Counted from the stretch's first letter, positions 43,666 through 53,311 are shown. The stretch is DNA of 56,391 nucleotides from Micromonosporaceae bacterium (GCA_016926535.1 JAFGOK010000088.1:1-56391); one strand, 5' to 3'. Program-made: numbers and translations. Notes: generated by a model from the letters alone, not told the origin.

Positions 43666-46209
43666 CTAGTTCTGCTGGTCGTCGCGGACCGGGCGCAGGT
43701 TCGGGCGCTGCCCGTCGCGTTTCCGCCCGCCGGGGCGGCGGCGTTGGCTGCCGTCGGCCGGGAGGCCGGCGCGCTGGGCGTTGGCCGGTTGGGTGGTCGG
43801 CAGGGTGGCACGGGTCAGCTGCGCGCAGCGGGCCCGGATCGCGGGGGCCTTGCCCATAGGGTCGCCAGCGGGCTGGGTACGCAGGCTGAACGCCGCGGTT
43901 TCCGCCCCGTCGATGACCAGCCGGGTCGCGGCGGTGTAGCGGTCGAGGTGGCTCAGGTCGTGCTCGTCGAGTTCTGGCCAGGTATGGCGGGCCAGGATTC
44001 GCGCATCCTCTGGGGAACAGTTGAACACGATCTTGTTGCGGCAGTTGGCGCTGATGGCCGCTGCGGTCTCTCTGGGCAGCTGGGTGAGGTCCTGGTGGGC
44101 CAGGATGAGCGAGAGCCGGTAGCCGCGGGCCTCGGCGCAGATCTCGTCGATGGATCGGGGGAGGTTGAGGAAGTTCTGGCACTCGTCGATGACGAGGACC
44201 GCGTCCCGGCGGGTGGATTCCGGTTGGCGGCTGCGGGCGGTGGCGGCCTGCCAGACCGAGGCGACCACGAACGAGCCGAGCAGGCGGGCGGTCTCGTCGC
44301 CGAGAATGCCCTTGGGGAGCCGGCACAGCAGAATCCCGCCGTCGAGGACCGTCGACATGGTGAACGACGAGGTGGGTTGCCCGACGACCCGTCGGACGAA
44401 CCTGCGCGTGAGGATTTTGCGGAGCCGTCCGAGGACGGGTCCGCTGGCCTGAGCCCGGACCCCCTCTGGCAGGGAGTCGAACCAGGTCCAGAACCCGCCG
44501 AGGCCAGCTGGGTCGTGCAGGTCGGCGGTGACTGCGGCGCGGCCCTGCTTGTCGATGAGCAGCGGCGGGACCATGGTGAGCATCGGGTGGGCGTGCGCCA
44601 TGAGGGTCAGCAGCGCCGAGCGCAGGATGTCGTCGATGCGTGGCCCCCAGTGCTGGGAGAAGATCTTCCCGAAGATGGACACGATGTTGTCGACGACGAG
44701 GTCGTCGTCATCGCCGTCGAGGGGGTTGAACGCTGGTGGGGGGTCCTGCTCGGGGTCCAGCAGCACGAGCCGGTCGGCGGCCTCGAACGGCAGCCGGTCG
44801 AGGACGTCGCAGACCAGGTCGCCCTTTGGGTCGATGACGATCACGCCGCGGCCGGCCCGGATGTGCGTCAGGATCAGGTTGAGTAGCAGGGTGGTTTTGC
44901 CAGAACCGGTGGAGCCGATGACGTGCAGGTGGTGGCGGGCGTCGGCCACGGGCAGGGCGACGGCGTGCCCGCCGACCTGGGCGCGGCCGAGGGCGAGGGT
45001 GCCCCGGCCGCCGGTGGGGACCTGGACCGGGGCGGGGACGGCCTTGGCCCGGGCTCGCGCCAGGCCGGGCACGGCGACGTCGGTGGGCAGTCCGGCCAGG
45101 GCGGCCAGTTCCGGGGTAGATACCAGGAACCCCCAGCTGAGCCTGCGGCGGGTCAGGACCTTCACCGGGTGGCGAAGTCCGGTGCTGCGCAGCCGGTTGG
45201 GGCCGGTGTAGACGGCGTACGCGCTGCCCAGCCCGCCGTTGACGCCTGCCAGCCGGGCGGCGGTGTCGCGGTGATCTGCGGCGCGGTCGCCGGTGCTGGC
45301 GACCGCCGTGCGGATGGAGATCTCCCAGTGCGGGCCAGCCGTGGCCTTGTCGACGCAGGGGCGCAGGTGGCGTTCGCGTACCGGGTCGCTCCTGGTCGGC
45401 GGCGAGGCCGCCGGCCGTCCTCGCCGCTGGGATGGGCCTGGGGTGGCCAGGTCGAGCAGGGCCCGCAGCGGCGCTGCCGGATGCAGGGCCCGCCCAAGCC
45501 CGGGATCCCGCAGGGCCGCCGGGGTCCGCCTCAGCCGGGTCAGGCGGCCAGTGGCGGCTGGTCGGGTCAGGATCTGCACGCAGGCGTACTCGTGGTGGCG
45601 CAGCCCGGCGCCCGCGCCGAGGACCTGCCGCAGCGGATCAGCGTCGTGATCGGTGCGCAGCGGGTACGCCTCGGGCAGCACCGGCCACAGCGCGCCGCCG
45701 CAGGCGGCGGCCACCCGAGAGGGGATCGGGTCGGTGGCTTCGGTGATCGTGACGATGGAGGCTGGCCATGCCGCCCGTGCGGCGGCGGCGACCGCCCTGG
45801 CCGGCACGGGGCCGGGCACCCACACCACCACCGACAGCGCGCGCCCCGCCCACCGGTACTCATAGGACAGGTGCGGCGTTCCGCGTCGCAGCCGTTGCCA
45901 GCGGCGCCGGCGCAGGGCGCCGGAGACGGTGGTCCAGAACTGGGCGGCGCCAGCGGCGTCGACCTGGGGTGGGGCAGTGATGACGATTTCCTGGGCGCCG
46001 CGGGCGAGCCGGTGCTGCCGCCACCGGATCACGGCGGCCCGGGCCGCCGCCCAGGCCACCAGCAGCCCGCCGACCACCGCGACCAGCCAGGGCCGCGCGA
46101 TGATCCACGAGGTGAGATGGTCGAACCACGGCCCGGGACGCGGCGGTGGCAGCCCTGGCTGCGGCAGCGATGAGGGGAGCGGGGACGGTGCTGGCATGGC
46201 TGGTGTCAT
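43666..46209 (-). CDS. VirD4/TraG-like type IV coupling protein
   Basis: N-terminal TM, Walker A VIGSTGSGKTTLLLNL, Walker B VLVIDECQNF. GGGAGGA SD. Confidence 0.8.
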   Translation of the reverse strand: MTPAMPAPSPLPSSLPQPGLPPPRPGPWFDHLTSWIIARPWLVAVVGGLLVAWAAARAAVIRWRQHRLARGAQEIVITAPPQVDAAGAAQFWTTVSGALRRRRWQRLRRGTPHLSYEYRWAGRALSVVVWVPGPVPARAVAAAARAAWPASIVTITEATDPIPSRVAAACGGALWPVLPEAYPLRTDHDADPLRQVLGAGAGLRHHEYACVQILTRPAATGRLTRLRRTPAALRDPGLGRALHPAAPLRALLDLATPGPSQRRGRPAASPPTRSDPVRERHLRPCVDKATAGPHWEISIRTAVASTGDRAADHRDTAARLAGVNGGLGSAYAVYTGPNRLRSTGLRHPVKVLTRRRLSWGFLVSTPELAALAGLPTDVAVPGLARARAKAVPAPVQVPTGGRGTLALGRAQVGGHAVALPVADARHHLHVIGSTGSGKTTLLLNLILTHIRAGRGVIVIDPKGDLVCDVLDRLPFEAADRLVLLDPEQDPPPAFNPLDGDDDDLVVDNIVSIFGKIFSQHWGPRIDDILRSALLTLMAHAHPMLTMVPPLLIDKQGRAAVTADLHDPAGLGGFWTWFDSLPEGVRAQASGPVLGRLRKILTRRFVRRVVGQPTSSFTMSTVLDGGILLCRLPKGILGDETARLLGSFVVASVWQAATARSRQPESTRRDAVLVIDECQNFLNLPRSIDEICAEARGYRLSLILAHQDLTQLPRETAAAISANCRNKIVFNCSPEDARILARHTWPELDEHDLSHLDRYTAATRLVIDGAETAAFSLRTQPAGDPMGKAPAIRARCAQLTRATLPTTQPANAQRAGLPADGSQRRRPGGRKRDGQRPNLRPVRDDQQN

Positions 46210-46238
46210 GTGGTCCTCCCAGGGATTTGTCCGGGTTC

Positions 46239-48125
46239 CTAGAACGCGTCGGGCTCCTCGTCGAGGACGCTGGCGCTGCCGGCGGTGGGTTGATCTCCGG
46301 CCGGGTGTGGGTGGGTCGGCGGACCGGCCAGGGCGTGTTCCTCGGCCGAGGCCACCACCTCGAACCGGACCCGGTGGGCGCCTGCGACCAGGAGCGCCTC
46401 GCCCCGGCGCGCGGACAGCAGCAGGTGGCGTTCGGCGTCGGTCAGGCCGAAGGCCGCAGCGATCTGGTCAATGGCCTGCGGGGCCTGGCGCAGGAGGATC
46501 TGGGTGGCGCTGTTGGCGATGACGGCCTGCCCCAGGTCGGTGGCGAGGACGTCGGCGGCGTCCTGGGTGATGACCGCCAGCCCGGCGTCGCGTTTCCTGG
46601 CGGCCTTGGCCATCTTGAACAGCCAGGTCGCCGCGGCTGCGTCGCGCAGCATCATCCACGCCTCGTCGACCACGACGAGGTGGCGGCGCAGGGCGCGGGG
46701 TCGGAGGCCGCCGGCTGGTGGTGGGGTGTCGATGGTGCGCCAGATGTGGTCGAGGGCCAGGAGCGTGCCGATGGTCTTGACCTCGTCGGCGAGGTGGCGC
46801 AGTGACCAGACGACCAGGTGGCCGTCGGGGCGGTGGGTGGTCGGCCCGTCGAACAGGCCCCGGAACGAGCCGGTGACCCAGGGCGCCAGCCGGGTGGCCA
46901 GCCGGACGGCCGCCGGATCGGCGGCGGCCTGCAGGGTGCTGGCGAGGTCGCCCAGCAGCGGGGCCGGGGTGTCCCAGCTGGCCGGGTCGGCGGTGACGCC
47001 CGCCTGGTGGTAGGTGTCGATGATGGCCTTGTCCAGGGCCGCGGTCTCCTCCGGTCCGAGGGTGGAGCCCTGGCCGGGACGCTGCCCGGCGGTGCCGGCG
47101 AGAACCGCGATGACGGTGTGCAGGAACAGCGCACGTCGCGTCAGGGCGTCAGGGCGTCGGTCGGCAGCGGGCAGGTCGAAGGGATTCAGCCGAACCCCGC
47201 AGGCTCCGAGTTGGACGGTTGTCGCGCCGACGTGTTCGGCCAGGCGGGTGTACTCGTCTTCGGGGTCGACGACCGCGACCTGGACCCCGTGGTAGAGGTT
47301 GCGGAGGACTTCCAGCTTGACCAGGTACGACTTGCCGGCGCCGGAGCGGGCCAGGACCACGGAGTTGTGGTTGTCCTGGATCCAGCGGTCCCAGATGACC
47401 ACGCCGGCTCCGGCCAGGTTGACCCCGTAGAGCACTCCGGTCGCCGGTGGTGGGTCGCCGGGCAGGCCGGCGGGGAGGTCCGGGGAGGCCAGGGGGAACG
47501 CGGCGGCCAGGGCGTCGGTGTCCAGGGTTCGGCGCATCCGGATGGCGTCGCACCCCAGCGGCAGGGTGGTGGTCCAGCCGTGCAGGTGGCGGTGGGTGAC
47601 CGGTTGCAGGTCCAGCATGACCGAGGCGGCTGCGGCATGGACCTGCGTGCATGCCTCGGCCAGGGCGTCGATGCTGGCGGCGTGCACGGTGATGTACACC
47701 CCGGTGCGAAACAGCCGGGCGGCCCCGCGGGTAAGGCGGTCGGCGAGGTCCGTGGCATCCTCGGCGGCTGCCTCGATGCTGGGGTCAGCGAGTTTGCCCC
47801 GGTCGGCGTCGATGCGGCGGCTGGACTCCAGCCTGGCGCGCTGCCGGCGCAGTTGGGCGGCGGCCACCTCGGCCCGGATCGGTTCGATGTGCAGGGCGAG
47901 GTCCAGGCGCCCTGGCCAGGCCAGGATCGGCTCCAGCCACGGGGCGGTGACGGTGGCCGGGTAGCCGGTCACGGCGAAGGTCGTCGCGTATCCCAGGCCC
48001 AGGCGCAGCCAGCGCGGGGTGATCTCTACGCTGTCGGGTCCGACCGCAGCGGCAACCAGGTGCGCCCCGGGGGTGTCTGTGGGCGGTGACGCCGCGGTGC
48101 GGCGGGTACGCCAACCCAGTCGCAT
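46239..48125 (-). CDS. VirB4-like conjugation ATPase
   Basis: Start at ATG 48125 (TGATG junction with the upstream stop). Walker A VVLARSGAGKSYLVK, Walker B HLVVVDEAWMML. Confidence 0.8.
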   Translation of the reverse strand: MRLGWRTRRTAASPPTDTPGAHLVAAAVGPDSVEITPRWLRLGLGYATTFAVTGYPATVTAPWLEPILAWPGRLDLALHIEPIRAEVAAAQLRRQRARLESSRRIDADRGKLADPSIEAAAEDATDLADRLTRGAARLFRTGVYITVHAASIDALAEACTQVHAAAASVMLDLQPVTHRHLHGWTTTLPLGCDAIRMRRTLDTDALAAAFPLASPDLPAGLPGDPPPATGVLYGVNLAGAGVVIWDRWIQDNHNSVVLARSGAGKSYLVKLEVLRNLYHGVQVAVVDPEDEYTRLAEHVGATTVQLGACGVRLNPFDLPAADRRPDALTRRALFLHTVIAVLAGTAGQRPGQGSTLGPEETAALDKAIIDTYHQAGVTADPASWDTPAPLLGDLASTLQAAADPAAVRLATRLAPWVTGSFRGLFDGPTTHRPDGHLVVWSLRHLADEVKTIGTLLALDHIWRTIDTPPPAGGLRPRALRRHLVVVDEAWMMLRDAAAATWLFKMAKAARKRDAGLAVITQDAADVLATDLGQAVIANSATQILLRQAPQAIDQIAAAFGLTDAERHLLLSARRGEALLVAGAHRVRFEVVASAEEHALAGPPTHPHPAGDQPTAGSASVLDEEPDAF

Positions 48126-49057
48126 CACCGGTCTCCGCCCGTGTCGCTGGTGATCACCGCGTGGGGGATGGTCCGGCCGGTGCCGACGTTGCGCCACGGG
48201 TCGCAGGCGCCGACCAGGGCGTCGGTGACTTCGCCGCCGTCAAGGACCCGGGTGCTCGCGCCGAGCCCGGTCAGCGCGCGGGCGGTGTGCTCGGCGGCCC
48301 GGCGGGCGGCGCTGGGGTCGGTGGGTGCGCCGACCTGGTGGGCGATGAGGAGATGCCGGTCGAGTGGGTCGCGTTCCACGGCCAGGTCGCGGAGGAACTG
48401 GGCGTATCCGGCGGCGGCGTCGGCCAGTGCTGGGTGCGGCAGCTGGTCGAGGCGGTTGTCGATCCGGTCGGCGTGGATGCCCAGGTCGGCTCGGCGGGTG
48501 GAGATCACGATCTGCACCGGTTGGGACAGCGAGTTCAGCCACCGGCCCATCGCGTCAACGAGGGCGTGCTGTTCACCGGTTGCGCGCAGGTCGAAGTTGA
48601 CGGTGGTGGCTGCGGTCAGTGCCACCCGGCCGCCGTCGAGGTCGATGACACCGGTGTCGCCGATGGCGCAGGCGGGCAGCCGTAGCGGCAGCACCGGTAC
48701 CCCAACGTGGCGTGCGGGTGGCGCCCAGGGAGGGGCGGCTGGGATCTCCTCGGGGGCGGCCACCAGCCGGTGGGGCGAGCGCCAGGCCCGCACCGCGGCG
48801 GCGATCCAGCGATCCATGCTGATGCCGTCGCGGCGTCCCAGGGCGATCGCCGTGGCGATCGCGCCCACCGGCAGGGCCGCGACCGCGAATCCGGTCGCCG
48901 GCACGGTCGGGGTTACCGCCTGGTAGGCCAGCCACAGCACGGTTCCTGTCGCGGCGAGGAGGGCGACCTGGTGGGCGGTCAGGCCGTAGAGCACCCGGTC
49001 GGGGGCGTCGATATCGGCGAGCATTCGTGCCTGGACCGGCTGGCTGTCGAGGCTCAT
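48125..49057 (-). CDS. PrgI/SCO6880-like T4SS membrane protein (VirB3-like role inferred)
   Basis: Two N-terminal TM helices. Lies directly upstream of, and coupled to, the VirB4-like gene. GGAGGT SD. Confidence 0.5.
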   Translation of the reverse strand: MSLDSQPVQARMLADIDAPDRVLYGLTAHQVALLAATGTVLWLAYQAVTPTVPATGFAVAALPVGAIATAIALGRRDGISMDRWIAAAVRAWRSPHRLVAAPEEIPAAPPWAPPARHVGVPVLPLRLPACAIGDTGVIDLDGGRVALTAATTVNFDLRATGEQHALVDAMGRWLNSLSQPVQIVISTRRADLGIHADRIDNRLDQLPHPALADAAAGYAQFLRDLAVERDPLDRHLLIAHQVGAPTDPSAARRAAEHTARALTGLGASTRVLDGGEVTDALVGACDPWRNVGTGRTIPHAVITSDTGGDR

Positions 49058-49080
49058 CGCCTACCTCCGCTTGTCTCGTG

Positions 49081-49140
49081 TGGTCAGTTGGTCGGCGGTG
49101 TGGTCAGTTGGTCTGCGGTGTGGTCAGTTGGTCGGCGGTG
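49081..49140. repeat. 20-bp tandem repeat x3 (tggtcagttggtcggcggtg) plus a degenerate fourth copy, filling the virB6-like/prgI-like intergenic spacer
   Basis: Read directly. Copy 2 differs by one base (c to t). Each copy carries TGA on the minus strand, and the 20-nt period places a stop in all three frames. Confidence 0.9.
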
Positions 49141-49143
49141 GGG

Positions 49144-50364
49144 TCAGCTCGGACCGATCGCGCGTCGGGCCGGTGGCAGTGGTGGGACCGGCCGGCTCTC
49201 CAGGGCCAGCGGCGGGCGGCCCGCCGCTGGCCGGCCGGTGGGCTGCCCCACCCAGGAGGGCACCCGCAGTGGCCGCTGCCCACCCGACGATCGACGGCTG
49301 CCTGGTTGCGGCTGCCGATCCCGGGGTGGATGGACGTGCAGGTGCTGGTGCACGTGCTGGTGGCCGCCGGTGTGCTGGTGGTCGTGCTGGTGGCGGGCTG
49401 GTGGTCGGGGAGCGGCGGTGGTGGGGTGCCGGAGCGGCACGCGGCGCCCGCCGCGAAGACCGAGGGTCCCCAGCAGGCGCTGCACGACCACGACGCGCAC
49501 GACCGAACCGAGGACGCCCACCCCCCGACCAGGGCTGCCGCCGATGGTGCGGGCGACCCAGGCGGGGATCCGGATGACCAGCCACAGTACGAAGCAGGTG
49601 ATGAGGATGTTGAGCAGGCCGGTGGGGTCGTGGGGCAGACCGAGGGCGGGCAGGTTGGCGTCGGGCGCGAGCAGGGTCGCCACGGCCAGGTGCAGGGTGA
49701 GGGCCTGGAGAACCTGGGTTGCCAGGGCGCCGAGCAGCGACCGCCACCACAGCTGGGTCACCAGCTCGGTCTGCGGCAGGGCGTAGCACAGCAGCGCGAC
49801 CGGGGCGGTGCCTGCCGTCACCAGCAGTACTGTCAGCCGCCCCAGCCAGGTGACGATCAGCGCGAGGAGCATTGCCAGGGCCAGGGTTCGCAGCACTGCG
49901 GCGAGGATGGCCGTGGCCGGGTCGCTGAGGTTGCCGACGATCACCCTCCGGAGCTGGGCGAAGGCGTCGGAGGAGGCGAAGGTGTCCGCGGTCAGGGCGA
50001 CGGTCAGGGCATTGGCGCTGGTGAGGATGACCCGGACCAGCGGGGTGGCCATGTTCGCGGCGAGGAACGCGGTGAGCATCCGCGGGAGCAGTGCCTTGAG
50101 GGAGTACCGCTGCTGGGGGCCGCCGCCGGTCATCGCGAGCATGCCCGCGACCGTGACGATGAGGACCAGGCAGGCGTTGGCCACCAGCTGCGCCCGGGTG
50201 GCCACGAAGGACACCTGGGGCAGGGCGGTGACGTCGGGGCTGGAGAACACCGAGGCCGACAGCAGGCCCAGGATCCAGTTCAGCCCCGCCATGGTTGCCG
50301 AGGTCAACGCGCCCACGATCGCCTCGAACAGTGAGCCGGTCAGGTCGGTGATCCAGCCGCCCAT
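49144..50364 (-). CDS. VirB6/TrbL-like polytopic T4SS protein with His-rich C-terminal tail
   Basis: At least 6 hydrophobic helices. Located between the VirB2-like and PrgI-like genes. Tail HQHDHQHTGGHQHVHQHLHVH. Confidence 0.55.
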   Translation of the reverse strand: MGGWITDLTGSLFEAIVGALTSATMAGLNWILGLLSASVFSSPDVTALPQVSFVATRAQLVANACLVLIVTVAGMLAMTGGGPQQRYSLKALLPRMLTAFLAANMATPLVRVILTSANALTVALTADTFASSDAFAQLRRVIVGNLSDPATAILAAVLRTLALAMLLALIVTWLGRLTVLLVTAGTAPVALLCYALPQTELVTQLWWRSLLGALATQVLQALTLHLAVATLLAPDANLPALGLPHDPTGLLNILITCFVLWLVIRIPAWVARTIGGSPGRGVGVLGSVVRVVVVQRLLGTLGLRGGRRVPLRHPTTAAPRPPARHQHDHQHTGGHQHVHQHLHVHPPRDRQPQPGSRRSSGGQRPLRVPSWVGQPTGRPAAGRPPLALESRPVPPLPPARRAIGPS

Positions 50365-50365
50365 G

Positions 50366-50725
50366 TCAGTTCACCCCGAGGATGCCCTTGATGATGGCCA
50401 CGACGATCGGGGCGAGGGCGGCCAGGGCGTAGCCCATCCCGGCGGACTTGAACGCCCCCTTGGCTTTTTCGATCTCCCCGGAGTCGCCGCCGGCGAGGAC
50501 ATAGCGGACTCCGCCGATGGTCAGCAACAGGGTCGCGACCGCCGCGAGGATGCCCACGAGCCAGGTGGTGGCGTTGCCCAGGATCGTCTTCAGCTGGGCG
50601 GTGGGGTCCTCGTCGTCGGCGTAGGCCGGCGAGGCCGCCGCCACGGCGAGGACCACGGCGGTCACCGCCGTGGCGAGTATCCCGATCGCGTGCCGGACTC
50701 GGCGGCGCCACCTGGTGGGGTACAT
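50366..50725 (-). CDS. VirB2/TrbC-like conjugative pilin-type protein
   Basis: 119 aa. Signal peptide ending SPAYA, then two hydrophobic helices. Its stop lies 1 nt from the virB6-like start. Confidence 0.5.
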   Translation of the reverse strand: MYPTRWRRRVRHAIGILATAVTAVVLAVAAASPAYADDEDPTAQLKTILGNATTWLVGILAAVATLLLTIGGVRYVLAGGDSGEIEKAKGAFKSAGMGYALAALAPIVVAIIKGILGVN

Positions 50726-50865
50726 CGGAGATCACCTCCATGGTTTTGCGGCGGGGGTGTCCGGCCGCGACGACGGATGGATGGGCGGGGTGCCGGCGCG
50801 CGGGGCGGGCGGTGGGGGAGCCGTCCTCCCTTCCCTCGGGGCGGTTGGCTGCATGCGTGACCGCG

Positions 50866-51837
50866 TCAGCTGGGCCGCCCGCTCCGCGAGCCGGACGAGA
50901 CCCCGCCGGCGGTCGGATGATCCGGGGGCCGCGCGGGGGATCTCGCACCCTCGAACGGCGCCCGTGTGAGTCGGCGATGACTGGCTGGTCGGCTCACCCC
51001 GGATGACTCGGGCGCACATCCCGGCGTGCCCTCCGGAAGGCAGGCTGCTGGGGCCAGGAGCGTGGCGGTGTGCGCGTCCAGATCAGCGCCGCAGGTCACG
51101 GTCCCGGCGAGGATCGCCTCGCGCAGGTGCCGCTCGGCGCGGTGGCGGCGAGCCACGACGGTGTTGGTGCGCTCGCCCAGGCCGGCGGCCACCTCGCCGA
51201 TGCCGACGCCCTCCAGCCGGGTGATCCCGATCAGCCACGCTTCCCGCGGCCTGATGATGCCGGTGCGGACGGCGTCCAGGAGGACGAAATCCGGATGCCC
51301 CCATGGGGCCCGGGGGGCGCACGAGGCGAACTGGGACCAGGCCGCCCCCCGGGCCGCTGCGTCCTGGTAGACCTGCCGCACCCCGGCGCGGTGCGCGGCG
51401 CGCAGCAGTCGCGCGCACAGGGCCGTGGCACTGGTGTCCACCCGGTTCACCTCGCAGACGAATCCCTCGACGAGTGCGGATTCCAGATCCTCGCGATCGC
51501 CGCTACGCTGCGCCGACAGGGTGCGTACCTCGCGGCGCAGCCCCGGCATCGCCATGCCCAGGGCCATCACCAGCCAGGTCGATCGGTCGGCGCGGGCCCG
51601 GTCGATCAGCTCCCGCCACACCGCGTCCCGGACGGTCAGGGGGGTCTGGCGGGCCAGGAGCAGATCCCGCAGGGGCCGCAGCAGCATCCGGTCCGCCGGC
51701 AGGTACTGGTGGACCTCTGCGGGGAGGTCGTGCCGGTAGAGGACCAGGTTGGTTGGTTCCGCTGTCGCGGCGGTGAACACCCGCTGCGTCACGCGCAGCG
51801 CCGAGGTCGACTCATCTGATCCTGATCGTCGTGCCAT
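50866..51837 (-). CDS. Sigma-70 region-4-like (ECF-type) transcription regulator
   Basis: Start at ATG 51837. IGITRLEGVGIGEVAAGLGERTNTVVARRHRAERHLREAI resembles sigma region 4.2. The C-terminal 80 aa are low complexity. Confidence 0.45.
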   Translation of the reverse strand: MARRSGSDESTSALRVTQRVFTAATAEPTNLVLYRHDLPAEVHQYLPADRMLLRPLRDLLLARQTPLTVRDAVWRELIDRARADRSTWLVMALGMAMPGLRREVRTLSAQRSGDREDLESALVEGFVCEVNRVDTSATALCARLLRAAHRAGVRQVYQDAAARGAAWSQFASCAPRAPWGHPDFVLLDAVRTGIIRPREAWLIGITRLEGVGIGEVAAGLGERTNTVVARRHRAERHLREAILAGTVTCGADLDAHTATLLAPAACLPEGTPGCAPESSGVSRPASHRRLTRAPFEGARSPARPPDHPTAGGVSSGSRSGRPS

Positions 51838-52341
51838 CACCGGGCTCCTGTCGCCGGTGGCCGTGACCCTCTGGCGGTGCGCGGCCTCTGGGACCATGAC
51901 CGCACTGGCGCTGTTCCATCCGGCTCACCTGGCCGCCGGGCGCCGCAGGTGGGCCCAGGCCGGGCGGTGGGGACGCCGCTGCTGGTCACTGGCGTCACAG
52001 CTGGGGCGGGAGCCGGAGGTGTGATTCGGCGACCGTCTCGGCCGGGTGGGGATCTGACCGCTCACATGGGCTGGTCGGCGGGGCTGTTGGTCGATGCGAG
52101 CCGGTGTCGGATGCCGAGGCCACAGCAGGGGCGTCGGGGGTCGGGGCCGGTGTGAGTTCGTGTGAGTTCGTGTGCGTCGGCGGCCTCGGGTGACTGTCAC
52201 ACGCGCGCACCTACGGTGGCCTGGACGGGCCGCAGCCGATCCGTGCCGTGCCGGGCCGTGAGTATCACAAGCCCGCCAGCCGGCATCGCACCCGCCGCCC
52301 GTGTCCAGGTGAGCGTGGAACCGGAAGGGGAAGGGGTTGTG
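51838..52341. promoter_or_regulatory. Divergent control region of the ICE (sigma-like/T4SS operon versus DUF2637-integrase operon)
   Basis: 504 bp non-coding. Contains tgtgagttcg x2 (52151-52170, plus a partial third copy) and the palindrome GTGACTGTCAC (52190-52200). Confidence 0.35.
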
Positions 52342-53142
52342 ATGGTTGGCGGGAAGAGCAGGGCACTGCGGAACCTGTCGGCCGGCATGGTTGCCGCCAT
52401 CGCAGCGTGGTCGTCGTATTCCCATATGGTGCATGTGGCGTTGGCGTTTGGTGAACGTCCGGAGGTTGCTTACGCCCTGCCGTTCAGCGTCGATGGGATG
52501 CTGGTCGTATCCAGCGTCGTGATGGTTGACGACAAGGGCCGCGGCCTGCGGGTGCGGCCGGTGGCCCGGCTCGCGTTCACCGCCGGTGTTCTGGCGTCGG
52601 TGGCCGCCAACATCGCCGCCGCCCATCCCAGTGTCGGGGCCCGGGCCGTGGCGGCGTGGCCGGCGATCGCGCTGCTGCTGGTCGTGGAGATGCTGGCCAG
52701 ACCGCCGGGTCCGGCCACAGCGGTCGCCGAGCCCGTCGCCCGTCGCCCGGCGGTGCGACCGGCGGCAACGCCGCCGGTGCGGCGGGTTCCGGCGGGGTCT
52801 GCGTCGCAGGCGGCCACGCGGGTTCCGGTTCCTCCGGTTCCGCTGGCCGCGGTTGCGGGCCAGGGTGCGCCGGAAGTTGTGGCGCCACGCGTTCCGCCGG
52901 CGGCTGCGGCGGGAGTTCCGCCTGGAAGTACGCCAGCCGGTCTGGCGGTGGTCGGCGGCGGTGGTCGGGTCGAGGAGGCGGATGCGGTGGTCGCCGCCGG
53001 GCGGCGCCGGCCCACCGCCGCCACCCGGCGGTTGGCGTGCCAGATCATCGAGGCGGAACCACAGCTGTCGCGCAGCGAGGTCGCCGCGCGTCTGGGGGTG
53101 TCCACCCGGAGGCTGCGCGAGGTCCTTGCCACCCCTGCCTGA
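52342..53142 (+). CDS. DUF2637-domain membrane protein (second copy) with C-terminal HTH-like tail
   Basis: ATG 52342 after a GGAAGGGGAAGGGG purine tract. MVAAIAAWSSYSHMVHVAL...ALPFSVDGMLVVSSVV...VAANIAAAHP. Pro/Ala-rich linker, then LSRSEVAARLGVSTRRLREVL. Confidence 0.6.
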   Translation: MVGGKSRALRNLSAGMVAAIAAWSSYSHMVHVALAFGERPEVAYALPFSVDGMLVVSSVVMVDDKGRGLRVRPVARLAFTAGVLASVAANIAAAHPSVGARAVAAWPAIALLLVVEMLARPPGPATAVAEPVARRPAVRPAATPPVRRVPAGSASQAATRVPVPPVPLAAVAGQGAPEVVAPRVPPAAAAGVPPGSTPAGLAVVGGGGRVEEADAVVAAGRRRPTAATRRLACQIIEAEPQLSRSEVAARLGVSTRRLREVLATPA

Positions 53143-53311
53143 GCGCAGCGCCCAGAGCACCGGCCGCCCGGATCGGCGGGGCCAATCGTCACGAAGCGAC
53201 GACGGCTGGCACACGGGGTCACAGGGCGCCGTCATCCGGTCATCTCAGGGGCCGATCCGGGCCTTTTCCAGGGTGCATGCGTGGCCGGGCGGCGTGGGAG
53301 CCGAACCCGCC

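Noticed and set aside
49081-49140. 20-bp repeats considered as a mini CRISPR array
   Set aside because: The units are directly adjacent with no spacers, and there are no cas genes. This is a simple tandem repeat.
42545-50334. Series of 300-465-aa plus-strand ORFs (42545..43492, 43489..44886, 44923..46173, 46818..48089, 49027..50334)
   Set aside because: All are antisense shadows of the Replic_Relax, T4CP, VirB4 and VirB6-like genes. Their composition is dominated by G/R/P/A and none has a recognisable motif.
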